Shown piece after piece: positions 1-11,260 of a stretch of 64,000 nt of DNA. A program made the position numbers and the translations under genes. The stretch's first letter is position 1, and every line of letters begins with the position of its first letter. Origin of the DNA: Callorhinchus milii (Eukaryota); contig NW_024704742.1 of assembly GCF_018977255.1 (NCBI RefSeq), positions 50,346,001-50,410,000 of the forward strand, written 5' to 3'. The notes beneath the pieces are model-generated. The model was not told the DNA's origin and searched no databases. It worked only from the letters and a program-made list of their open reading frames with translations.

Positions 1-144
1 GAACAGCTTCCAGCAAGCAAAGAGATTGGAAACCTGCGATCAGGTTTTGGGGAGCCGAGGGAGAAAAATACCTTTAAGGATCTGGTGGTTCTGACTGTTT
101 TGCAAGGGAAATTGCATCCAAGGCGAACTCTCCATCTGCTGTTT

Positions 145-157
145 TGCGCGCATGCGT
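145..157 (+). promoter_or_regulatory. NRF-1-type palindromic site (TGCGCGCATGCGT) in the core promoter/initiator region
   Basis: GCGCATGCG core about 95 nt upstream of the ATG. Mammalian GABRB1 has an NRF-1 element at its initiator (recalled). Confidence 0.65.
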
Positions 158-250
158 TTGCGCCTCTGAATTATTGCACCGCTCCGGACTAAGTTGCATT
201 CCTCGAAACCTTCCCCTCTCTCGAAGGCATTACTGCAATCAAAGTTAGGA

Positions 251-330
251 ATGTGGAAAATTCAACACCGAGGATGCTTCGGGATCCTGTCCATCCCCGT
301 GATGGTGGCCATGGTTTCCTACGCACAGAG
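251..330 (+). CDS. GABRB1: GABA-A receptor beta-1 subunit, coding exon 1 (signal peptide MWKIQHRGCFGILSIPVMVAMVSYAQ-S)
   Basis: ATG at 251 begins a hydrophobic signal peptide resembling beta-subunit leaders. 80 nt, followed by donor GTGAGC at 331; phase is compatible with exon 2. Confidence 0.9.
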
Positions 331-354
331 GTGAGCTCCGATCCCTTCGCCGTT

Positions 355-558
355 CCTTTTTTTGCGGTTGTTTTGTTTGTTTTTGGGGGGGTTTTTTTTT
401 TTTTGTTGTTGTTGTTTTTGTTTTCTCTGCTTTCGATCTCTCTCCGGTGCGATCCTGAATGTAATCCACATTTCTTCCCCCCCCCCTTCCTTTCCCTTTC
501 CCCCCCCCCCACACCCCCCACCACCCCCCACCCCCCACCCCCCTCCTCTCCTCCTCCA
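355..558. repeat. Low-complexity T/G-rich then C-rich tracts in intron 1
   Basis: Runs of T/TG at 355-425 and multiple C runs at 477-558. Confidence 0.9.
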
Positions 559-559
559 G

Positions 560-651
560 CGTCAACGAGTCCAGCAACATGTCATATGTGAAAGAAACGG
601 TGGATAGTTTGCTGAAGGGGTATGACATTCGACTGAGACCGGATTTTGGAG
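560..651 (+). CDS. GABRB1: GABA-A receptor beta-1 subunit, coding exon 2 ([32 protein letters not shown])
   Basis: Polypyrimidine tract plus CAG acceptor (557-559), 92 nt, donor GTAATC at 652. [10 protein letters not shown] is beta-1-like; [15 protein letters not shown] is the beta-subunit signature. Confidence 0.95.
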
Positions 652-884
652 GTAATCCCATCTCCTCTCGTTACTGTTACACATATCTGCATTCAATGCG
701 TTCTGTTCGCCAGACACCACACGTCCGTCTCTCTCACCGAATAAATACTATTCACAGACTGCACGACACAGAGAGTTTAACTGCAGAGCAGTGACTTGTC
801 AGATGCTGATCATTTGCAACCGTGTATTTTGTGTTTTGCCGCTGAATTGAAATATCACATGTGGGTCATATTGTTTATTTCAAG

Positions 885-952
885 GTCTCCCTGTGGATGT
901 TGGCATGAGGATAGACATTGCCAGCATAGACATGGTCTCCGAAGTAAATATG
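885..952 (+). CDS. GABRB1: GABA-A receptor beta-1 subunit, coding exon 3 ([23 protein letters not shown])
   Basis: Acceptor tttcAAG ending at 884, 68 nt, donor GTGAGT at 953. PVDVGMRID matches beta-1 (beta-2/3 have VAVGMN/VCVGMN). Confidence 0.95.
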
Positions 953-2551
953 GTGAGTGCATCATTTAAACTCCCCTGATGTGCAAATTGAAGCTGGCGT
1001 GGGGGGGGGTTTTTTTCCAAAAAAAAAAAAAAAATCCTTTTTATGTGCGTAATTCTATGCTTCGTGCCTGGGAACTGGGTGATGTTCATCATGGCGAATT
1101 TACGTGCAACTATTTCCAGAGTGTTTTCCAGAGTGTGGATGCCTCAGTAGGAGATCCAAGCTCTGTTACTGCAGTTGGCAGAATAAATACCTTGGAGATG
1201 AATACTACTCGTGTTATCGAGGCGAGCTGCCCTCATCCACGGCTGCAATCTACTTGTAGATGGAATATAATGGTGACAAGGCGTTTAATTTCCTATAATG
1301 TGTAATACTGCCATCTGCTGATTGTAATAATTCACTGCCTTCACTGAGCGCTTCTGCATGTCTTGCTCATTACATGATCCATAGGGAGGGGGAGAGAGAC
1401 AAGGTTTAGCACTTCAGACAGAGCATAGCCCTTTAACCTCAATTATGCATTGGCTGCAAATGGTTAAATGGATAGTTAGGATTTCATGTGATAATCCTGA
1501 TGCTATCCCAGTCCCACAGCCTAGTCAGGTCTAATATATTGTTGACAACTTTCATGTGATATATTTGCAAAATGAATGTTTATTTGGCCAGTATTATATT
1601 CCCCATGCAGCTGTTTACTATCTAAACAGCACCTGTGTGAAAAAAAAGTGGTGTCCCTTTAATTGTGTGGATGATTCAAAACTCGTTTTATCAGTGGAAT
1701 GGGAAACAAACGGGTTAAAATAATAGTTTCACTTTCATTTGACGGTGTGTCCATGGAAATATATTTGTAGCAAAAGTGCCTTAATAATTCATTCAGCAGC
1801 AGCTTTGCATCTATATGTGTGTTAAAGTTTTGTAAGTACTACGTCATGGCAACCTCTGCTGTTGTAACTTAATGTTAGGGCAAATATTGGACATGCACAG
1901 AACCCAAAGTATTTGGTGGGTGAATGTAATCTGCTCACAACGTCAAAAGACAAGCACTAGGCACTGTTGACAAAGTGAATGCTTGGCACTGCTGAAGTCG
2001 GTTTGCATGTTGAATATAAAATATTTCTGAGGCAAATTATTTCACTCACAAAACGTGTGTGGGTGTGAGCAATGGTTCGCCAAAAATCTATGCCCAAGTG
2101 AGTAATGTTAGATCTTATATCAAGTTACACGACAGATGTGCTTGTGTTGAGGTCAATATCAACAGTGTGATATATTTTACAAGTGACCCATCTTCAACAT
2201 GTACTTTGCTTTTATTCCCATTAGTATTAGAACCACTGATAGCTATTTTGGTCTGAAACCTATGGCATACTCACAATAATCGAAACTAGACTGAGAGTTT
2301 CACATATGCGTGCTACCCACACGAGGACATTTCCCTACGTCTAGAATTCAATACACACTCTCTCTGGAGGGACGCACTCTGATTATCCAGTCATAGAGCA
2401 CTTAGGAGCAGGTTGGCAAGGGCCAAGGCTTGGAGTCGCCAGAGTATGTTTTTTGGGGTACTCCCAAAGTTTAACCAGCTAAACCTGCGTAGCTTGCCAT
2501 TGAGAACACTGCCCAATGCTTGTCCAGTTAGAGTCACCTGACTTTTTAGAG

Positions 2552-2775
2552 CAGTGGTGGCCAACATGTGGCCTATGGCCCAGATGTGGCCCAAGGGACC
2601 ATCAAGAAACGCCCCCCTCGAACATTCAACCTAGTCTAGATAAGTCCGCATTCGATCAGTAGTGTGTTTTCAGTTTTCTCTTGATTTATTATTTCTTGAT
2701 TTATGGCATGAATCAAGAAATATTCAATCAAGAACATCTATTTTGTTTGCCAAGCATAAAGGACGGGCACCACTG
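2552..2775. mobile_element. hAT (Charlie-like) MITE inserted in the left arm of the inverted repeat
   Basis: Termini cagtggtggcc...gggcaccactg, ggccc subterminal motifs, and left flank ttttagag resembling an NTCTAGAN-type target. The segment is absent from the right arm. Confidence 0.6.
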
Positions 2776-3238
2776 TGTTGGGGATTTGGCTTGCAGGGTT
2801 AAAAGGAAATAGTGGCAAGAGTTCTTGCCTCTGCGCCTCCCATGACTGTATGACTGGTCTGTCCTGCTAAATTGCGCCAATGAGCTAGGCTGGTTGGTCT
2901 ATCAATAGTACTTGTAGTGCTGTTGACCCACCTGGCTGAGGAACCAAATTACCCTGACTATTACATAGGATTGACTCAATTCAGTTCCATTGCCAGGAAA
3001 ATCATCTTGGAGCCAGCTCAGTCACAAGGAACCTATGCCTGGTTTCGGATATCCCACCTGCATCTTCACCAAGGAAGATAGTCACTAAACTGCCTAACAG
3101 GCACAATTCATAACCCACCAGCTATTAAACCCTCGAACATCATACCTCACAAGTTGTAAAAGCAGACGATATAAGATGGTTATTGTTTAATTCTCAAAAA
3201 TATGCTGAGTGATACTAGGCCACATAGCTCATATGCAT

Positions 3239-3302
3239 AGCAACAACAACAACTTGCATTTATATAGTGCCCTTCACAAGGGGTAGTGCCTCAGAGCACT
3301 TA
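3239..3302 (-). mobile_element. Short L2-type 3' tail fragment
   Basis: (caa)n + cttgcatttatatagtgccc. The same tail type occurs at ~11041-11130, 15140-15210, 37918-37974, 42718-42778 and 57140-57200. Confidence 0.7.
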
Positions 3303-3319
3303 TGGGTGCAAACCTACGT

Positions 3320-3900
3320 TGGGATTTTGAGCTCATAGACTAGATGGAAGTTTCAGTATTGGGTGAGTGCTGCTTTATCGGAGTTGCCATCCGTTAGATT
3401 AGATATTAAATTGAGGCTCTGTCTGCCTGGTCAGGTCAACGTTAAAGACCCCATAGCATTATTTGAAAAGAGAAGGGAGTTTCCTTCAGTCTCCTGCCCA
3501 ACAGTCCTGCAGGTAAAATTAATCATTTACTTATAGACTTCTTGTGGGACATTACTTTGTGCAAACTGACTTCCGCATTAGCATACAAATACACTGCCCT
3601 ACACTTGTGAAGTGCTTTCAGATATTTCAATGACGTGATCAGGTGCTATGTCAAATACAATAATAATTATTATTTTTGAAAAGTGAAGGGAGTTTCTCTT
3701 GATGCACTGGCCAAAATTCTCCCAGAATTTTAAAAAAAGTGGTCATTCACTTGGAAATTTTTAGGACATTGCTGTGCACAAATTGACTGTCATATTTGCC
3801 TTCAATTACACAGTCACTAAATCCCCAAATTCCTATGAAGCACTTTGAGATGTTTTGACTTGATAAGGCACTATATCATATGCATTGATTATTATGTTAT
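3320..3900 (+). mobile_element. Deu-domain SINE (SacSINE1/AmnSINE-like) followed by a tandem partial second copy
   Basis: Deu-type motifs ttaaattgaggctctgtctgcc..caggt..cgttaaagaccccatagc and tgtgggac..tgtgcaaa. Tail occurs twice (~3670 and ~3895). Confidence 0.7.
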
Positions 3901-5596
3901 TTGAAGGAATTTGTTGCTACAACATACAGAATTTGGTGATATCGCCATTTCACAAATGAGTCTTACTTCATTTTGCAAGTTTGGTAAACAATTGCATAAA
4001 GAGACAATTATTTTTGAACTTCAATAATATAGATTGGAATCAAGTCAATCCTTTGTGTCAGTTTCAGTTGTCCAATTTCTGAGCCAGACAAGACCACGTT
4101 ATTTCAAGCACTGCTGATCATGGACCAGCCAGCCTAGCTGCTGGCAGGACTTGGAGGAACAAACCAGTCAGTGAGATCTGGAATTCTTCCTGCTCAGAGC
4201 CTGTTAACCAAGAAAGCTGAAGCCTTGATTGGTAGAGCTGTCTTAGCTGGACAAGTAGCAGGAATCTTGCCAGTCAGTGTTCATATGCCAAGGTATGCAG
4301 ATTTAGTTGGTTAAACTCCAGAAGGATCCCAAAGCCTTGGCTCTTGCCAACTGCTCTTAAACACACTATAATTTGGTTTAAGGAGTGCACCCATCCGGAG
4401 AGAGAGAGTGTGCAATTCATAATCAGAAAAAGAAAAAGCATACATTATGTGAAACGAAGTAGTTTGGTTTGGAGAATTTTAAGCATAGTGATAGGTTTCT
4501 GCCTGTATCAGATATCCAGCTGACCAAAACAACTGCAAAGACTTAATATTATAGGTTCAGACAAATGCTGAAAGATGAAGTCTGACAGACTATTGTGCAG
4601 ACATGTTTCTATCATGTTTTTAACAAATGACTTGCTTTTCCTGAGGAGGGAAGGAATATAATAATTTTCATAATAAAGAATAAGGTTTAAAAAAATTCAA
4701 AAGCATTTCGCTGTGAGGATATCAAATGCCTCTTTTTCTTCCAAGTACTTATAACGTCCCAGGCCACACCGATTACCAGAAGGAAAATTTGGAAATCTGT
4801 TCTCTGCTGCTCATCAATGTCAATCAGACAAGACAGAATAACCTGGTGATCATGCAGTCTTTGATATTTCTTCTGCCCTTGGGGAGGTGACCAACTTCCT
4901 TTATGCAGTATGTCCCCACAAGAACACAACTGTAATTGTGAAATTGACAACACTGCACACATTGGTCCTCTCCTCTTAGTCATGGTACCAAAATGCTTCA
5001 AGTGCATCATACTGTGCCACAACAGTATAAACTGGGGGGGAATCTCAGCACAAAGATAATTTGAACTAGTTCTTAATGAGATCGCTTAACGAATCCTTAT
5101 TAAGGAATCCATATTTAGGTATCCTGTTGAAAATACTGCAAATTAGACTCTACTGCTCCAAACCTACTCTCTACTCATTTGCAATGCCTGCATTTGCAGA
5201 CTACTTCACAAAACCAATTGGCTTGAGGCCTTGTATTCTTTTGACATGGCCTGTGCACTCTGAAAGGATAGACTTTATTGAATCTGAGCATGAAGTATTA
5301 GAATAAACAAACACTAGAAAAGCAAAACACCGAAGAGATGTCTATTCTGAGAATTAAAATAAAGTTCAATAAGCAGGCTGAGTCTCCTTGAAACTGAGGC
5401 TCTTTCGTTGAAAGAGTGCAGAAAATGTAGATTACATTCCGCAGTTTTAATAATTTGTTGAAACATGGACAATTCTTTACTGAATCACCGAAGACGTAGT
5501 CCGCAGAATGCAAATAGGATTCTTCAGCCCCAATACATGCAGCTTCCAATTAGTTATGTCTATGGAGTTTCTTGACATCATGCAAACATTTGGGGG

Positions 5597-5688
5597 CTAG
5601 ATTCTCACTTGTGTTCCCAAGGTGTTCCGTTTTGACTTTAAAGCTCACATTTGCATGCATCCACTGGGGAACATAATTGAGGTTCTGG
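5597..5688. mobile_element. Small palindromic MITE-like element
   Basis: 24-nt imperfect inverted ends ctagattctcacttgtgttcccaa / tggggaacataattgaggttctgg. Confidence 0.45.
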
Positions 5689-6689
5689 TTTTGATCAGTG
5701 AACGCACATTTCCTTGCATTTATTTATAAATAATGAAGCCGGGGACATGATGCATTCCATTTCACATGTCTTCTGCATTGCTTCTTGTCCCTGTTTGTGC
5801 CAAGGTCACTGTCAGATGCTGTTCATAAACAGAGCATTTAATTGGAACTCCTTGAAGAAAAATCATTAATAGTCATTATTCTAATCTCGTTTTGAAGAAA
5901 ACAAGACAAGACATAATTTGCAAAATCAGTCACATTGAAAGAGCTCAATAATGCACCCACTTAATTTTCTAAACAATTGTATACTGTATTTGTGCTGCAT
6001 TGAAAAGTGAAATGGGAAGTTAGTAAGTGCTCTTGTTTTCCTACACTACATAAAATATATTGTCTTTAAAATACAGAATATATTGTCTTTAAAATTTCCG
6101 AGCAGAAGTAAGCATTCTAATACAACATTAAAGGATGCCTTATTGACATTTTATTGCATTTGTAATCAAAATGTCAATTGAAGCAAAATGTCAAAGGTTC
6201 CTTACTTTACTCTTGTTTTAGACTCCTGTAAGGTCAATTGAATTGCTGGCTTGGTTATGTAACAGTCTAGGAACAAAGTGTGTTTTAAGTGAAATTACTT
6301 TCAGGAAAATATAGACACTTATTACAGGGCAAACCCAATTATTTAGTGGCTCACAAGGGCATGAGTTCACTTAAAATGTTGGTCTGCTGTGGACCCACAG
6401 TTATTAGATATAAGGGCTACTTCTGTATTCCCACACAGATTGGCTAGATTCCTGTACATGCACACAGCGTGCAGGAAGTTGGCTGGCCTGCTGTATCTGC
6501 ACTCTCGAACGATTTTTGCACTGGAAGATGGCCAAACCTCACTGGAAGCTAGAAGTGACATAAATGACAACCGGACAATTCAAAGGGGCCATTATTTGTG
6601 TGGACTGATGTGACATGGTCTAATTTTTTGGATTGACACACAGGATTTCCTTACCCGTGGGCATTTGTTTTTCAAAAGATCAAAAAAAA

Positions 6690-7170
6690 AATGGTTGAGA
6701 TGAAGAAGGCCCTTCAGACCTTTTGATCTCATCCTTCTAGAATGCAGAATCAAGCTATTTGTCAAGTTAGTCCAGTGCCCTGGGCCGCTACCATCATTCC
6801 TGGCAACCTTTCCAGCTGTTACTTCGCTTCTGTCATTAATTACATTGTAGTGTTTGTCCTAACGTTGCCCTTCACCAGCACGAAGGTTTTGCTTTGTTGG
6901 TGTCTGAAAGCATTGTTCTAAAGGTAACTTTCTTTATTCCATTCAGCATCACATATATACTATATATTGATACATTTATTTATACATACACATATACAGT
7001 ATATGATTCTCTCTAAGATGTAGCGTTTCAAGGCTGAAGAGCAATAAATTATCTCATTGTTCCTCATAGCTCATCTCTTTGGGGGTCATTCTCTTTCCAC
7101 TTCTCTTCACTATTGCTGGGGCCTCTTCACTGTCTCCACCCACCACCCCTTATAGAACAACCAGAAGTGT
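6690..7170 (-). mobile_element. Degraded CR1-clade LINE 3' fragment
   Basis: gaagaaggcccttcagacc..gatctcatcc matches the reverse complement of the CR1 tail at ~23095-23135. Also contains ttcctcatagc and aggctgaagag CR1-type motifs. Confidence 0.5.
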
Positions 7171-8730
7171 ACATTTTCATATGAATTTAGAAACAAAGAG
7201 TTGGATTTCCCCCTGTGAGTGTTATGTCCTTTAATAAAGTTCCAATGGTAAGTCTGTCCTAATAGGAAGAAGCAATTTCCGACTGAGCAGTCTTATGTTG
7301 TCCAAGGTTTGTGAAATGTAAGTAATCAATCAACAGAAGGCAGTGTGAAGCATTAAATGAGCTCCCAATGAATAGCCAACAATGTCATCAGAGTGCAGAA
7401 GGAATGTGCCCAGTCAGGAGGAAAATATTGTACAAAAGAAACACAAGAGTTATTTTTCACTGAACCTGCGTTTTTTTTAAATACTATTTTAATGTGGTTT
7501 TTTAAAAAATCTTATTTTATTTAATTATGTTTTGCATTTTAAGCTTTCTTTTTTTGTTTTGATCTAAGGAAAATGTAATGGTAACTGTAGGATCATTATA
7601 TCATAAACGTCACAGAGCTAACGTTGCAAAAGAGGAGTTTATATAACGTTTGCTGCAGTGTTCAACATGTATATGCACAAAGGCAAAAAGCCAGCACTCA
7701 CTTAAAATAAAGGCATACACAAACTCAGCGCAAGTGATTTGAAAGTGAATTTATATTTCTCAATCAGAAGCTAAATCTTATTATGCAGATAATGAGCAAT
7801 GCTCTCCTGTTGGTGGGAGCTCAACCTTCTCCTGGAACTTGCTTGATTGCCTTTGGGAGTTGTGGAGGAATTTTCCAGGTAAATCATTCTTTCCCTGAAT
7901 TGGCCATTGTTTGTTTTTGTTTTATTGCCTCCCCTAGGAGGGAGAGATGTGTCATTGTGGGAGGCGGAACAAGGGGACTCTGTCAGCAGTGAATTTGATG
8001 GGTCTCTGAACCTTTCTTTTACACTCTTTCCCATTTATGGAGGTAAAATTACATTCAGCGTTATGTGTCACACCTTAGGTGATGTCGACCTTTCGTGAAG
8101 TTTCCCAACGCAGTGGTAAGTGTAGCACTAAACAGAATTTTTACTCATATGCATCCATGTATCTATATGTTTCTGTGTAATTTCCCACATGGTGAGCTGA
8201 TCGCAAATGAGCTGTGAGAAAGACAGAATGCTGGATATAGACTATTCTTTTCACCACAGGACACACAGCAAAATTAGAGGTATTCATTCCCCTCCCACCA
8301 TCTGGTTAAAGGGTAACTTTGACAAAGAGCTGAGAGCAGGTTGCCTGTCCACCCTCCTAGTCACAGAAATAACACCTGATGGCGAGCTTGGAACAAATTC
8401 TGAAATATACATATTATTTTTAAAAATGTATAAAATAGCTCTCCCTTTTTATCCAGTTCCTTTAGTGCTGTATTTACACTGCCCTTTTCATGGCAGAGAT
8501 GTTCCCCACAATTCACCAAGTGAATCACAAACTCCTGGGACAGGATTTCAGCAAGAGTTTGATTTGGTTTATAAATGCAGCTGGTGCAAATCCTCCAAAA
8601 TGATCCTTTAAAAGTTTTTGGTGATTCAGTGTGTAGATCAAGAACTTCCACGGAACTGTTCAAGTAAGTGTGAGATGACCAGTTTTTCTTCAACGATAAC
8701 ATTAAATGAAAATCAGATATCAGAATCAGA

Positions 8731-9052
8731 GCTCAGTGGGCTCTGGTGTGCTTCACGTCCCCTGCCTCACTCGCCCTACTATTGGGAGGCGGGCCTTCTG
8801 CCACTCTGACCCCAACCCTCTGGAACTCCATCCCGCAGTCCCTCCACCTCGGCCCCTCCCTTACCTCCTTCAAGACCCATCTCAAGACCCTCCCCTTCGA
8901 CCGTGTTTACGATCTCCCTGCTTCCCCCCCTCCAGCTCTCCACCCTCCCCGATCCCGACCCCCAACTCAGGTCCGAAACTGTCTGTCCAGCGCCTTGGGA
9001 TGTCCTCCCAATGTCAAAGTTACTATACAAATGTAATTTTGTTGTTGTTGTT
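8731..9052 (+). mobile_element. L2 LINE 3' end
   Basis: Encodes ORF2 C-terminal motifs (RPTIGRRAF..., SFKTHLKT), then the stem-loop gcgccttggga..., then a (gtt)n tail. Confidence 0.9.
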
Positions 9053-11260
9053 ATGTGTAGGTTCATGTCTGTAGAATCCTGAAATCAGATCTTAATTTTC
9101 AACAGCTACATCCGTGGAGTACAATTTCACTTGTGTCTAGAGAATTGAGCAAATTATTGAATTGAGTTTTAACTTTAAAGTCCATTTATGTAGTTTGTAA
9201 AAACTATATATCCTTAAACTCTAGGGAAATTTCGTAGACCTTTATGTTCTGTGCTAAAACTTTTTTTTAATCAATGTAACAATTGTATACTCTGCCCTCA
9301 TGAACAGGTGAAATGTAGGCAAGTATTAGTTTACACTGTAAGTTGCATCGTTTTAGATTGCTTGAAATCCACTGCTGATTATCAGCAAGAATGCTAGAGG
9401 CTGGTGTAGAAATGCCCAACATGGCAAATTGGTTAACGGGTGCAATAAGGAACATGTTCCTTTAACTTATTTACTTTTCAGCTAATTCTGCTTTAAGCCA
9501 TGATTTTTTTTAACCTTAGTCGAAAGTTATTTCTTTTTTTTATAAATATCCACATCTTATTAGATCTTCTTCTGCACAATACAAGTCACATCCCACACTG
9601 CTGGGCCCTTGATGGGGATTTGTAATGAAGGAGCAAACTTGGAAGAGGGTTAGAGCGGAGGCATTTCTAGGACCAATAGTTTATAGACGAGAGAAGATGA
9701 TGAGTATTCCTCTATGATGAGTATTCCTCTGTTCCTCTATGGACAACAGTTGACAATTTCCAAGGATGTTACTACTTCATATAACTCCAGCTTTAAGGCA
9801 AGACTAGTTTATGCCCTTACAGACAAGACCAGCTCCTCTGCTTTGACACAAAAGCAAGCTCTACAAACATCCTGAACAACAAGCTTCACAAATTATATTT
9901 CTGGATGTAGTGGCCTTGCTGTTGTATACTCGAGAAAGAATGCTTGAATCTCATAAGGAAATTTTGTTTAGAATGTGTGGCGTCACTTGGCAGCTAACAG
10001 CTTTGGCATGATCCCTGTCCTGCTGTGTGATAGACTTATGAAACCATATAGAATGTACCCCAGCATTGCTTGGATGATCAACATTCAGATTATGAGGGTG
10101 TCAGTTATCCTCCAGGAACTCAGTTTACCTTTGCTGATCCTGTTATCCTCGGCCCTTGTCTGATCTATGGCGATTGGAACTGTTTGCCTTCCCCTCCATT
10201 AGTCCTGTGGCATTATCTAGTGTTCAAAGTAACAACACTTCCCACTTTCCGACTACCAGGGACAGCTGGTCACTTTCAATAGTGGTACTCATAATGCACA
10301 ATCTTCCTTCAAAGTAGAAGGAAGCAGCTGGCGGGAAGTGGAGTGGCTCTAACATTGAGGAGGCATGACGTAAATCACAGCCCTCTTAGTTGAAGTAAGG
10401 AGAAATAATCCTTCTCCACCTTAATGTTGTTTACGAAGAATACCTCAAGTTATTCCTTTGCTCATGCCTACTAACTCATCTATTTGGTTTCAATCTTCAT
10501 CTCTGTTGAACAGTACCGGACTTCAGAAACGTGGACATTGTTTTATGACTCTCATAGAAATAAAGCTGTGTTTAAAGCATCTTTCATTAGGCTTTGTTAC
10601 AGAAAACAAATCTCAACCTTCCAAGAAATGATGGTGTGTAGCAGTCTCCTTTAAGACTGATGTTAACAACAATTGTCACAAGCCTACCACCAGTCCCAAT
10701 CCTAAAACATCTGTGGTTATTTATTGAGGCATGTATATTAGTATAAAATCTTCACTCGGGTATACTTTGTAATGACATAGGAATGTGAGGGTACAATGGT
10801 TTTAATGATACTTTTCTATTTGGCAACATTTTTATAACTATGCAAAAACTTTCAAATTGTCATACCCTAATTTAGAAGAAATATTAATAAAATATTATTA
10901 TTGTGTACATTGTACATTTATGGATGCAATTTTTATCAATCTCCTAATATTTTTCTTTTTGTTTTCACTAATATAAATGGCTGTACTGTTTTGTTAAGGC
11001 ATCCTGTACTCTAGCACAAATTATAATAAACCCTTACTGACACAACAACAATGCAACAACAGCAACAACTTGCATTTAGGTAGCGACCTTCATGCAGGGT
11101 AGCGTCCCAGAGCTCTTGACAGTGGTGGGGCCTGATTCTGAGCCAGATCCCTACGAACGTTTGCTTTGTTTTTGAAGTTTGCATGTTGTTTGGAGTAATC
11201 ATGCAAGATGATTGACAGAGCTGGTAGGGTTTTGGTGTCATAAGGAAATGTAGCCGGAGG

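Larger units (their letters stand above)
2185..4582. repeat. Diverged long inverted repeat (arms ~2185-2982 and ~4037-4582)
   Basis: Collinear reverse-complement blocks, e.g. ttggcaagggccaaggctt vs aagccttggctcttgccaa; agtttaaccagctaaa vs tttagttggttaaact; agctaggctggttggtc vs gaccagccagcctagct; aggattgact vs agtcaatcct. Confidence 0.8.

Noticed and set aside
152..169. 5-codon upstream ORF
   Set aside because: The ATG is part of the NRF-1 palindrome near the likely TSS; no evidence it is transcribed or used.
189..661. Several 70-138 aa ORFs over intron 1 and the antisense strand
   Set aside because: Low-complexity products of homopolymer tracts; the real reading frame is the spliced one.
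579..794. 71-aa [11 protein letters not shown]... as a stand-alone protein
   Set aside because: It is exon 2 read through the donor at 652 into intron 2.
9697..9740. Duplicated ATGATGA (snoRNA C-box-like)
   Set aside because: It is a simple 17-bp tandem duplication, with no D box (CTGA) or terminal stem at a suitable distance.
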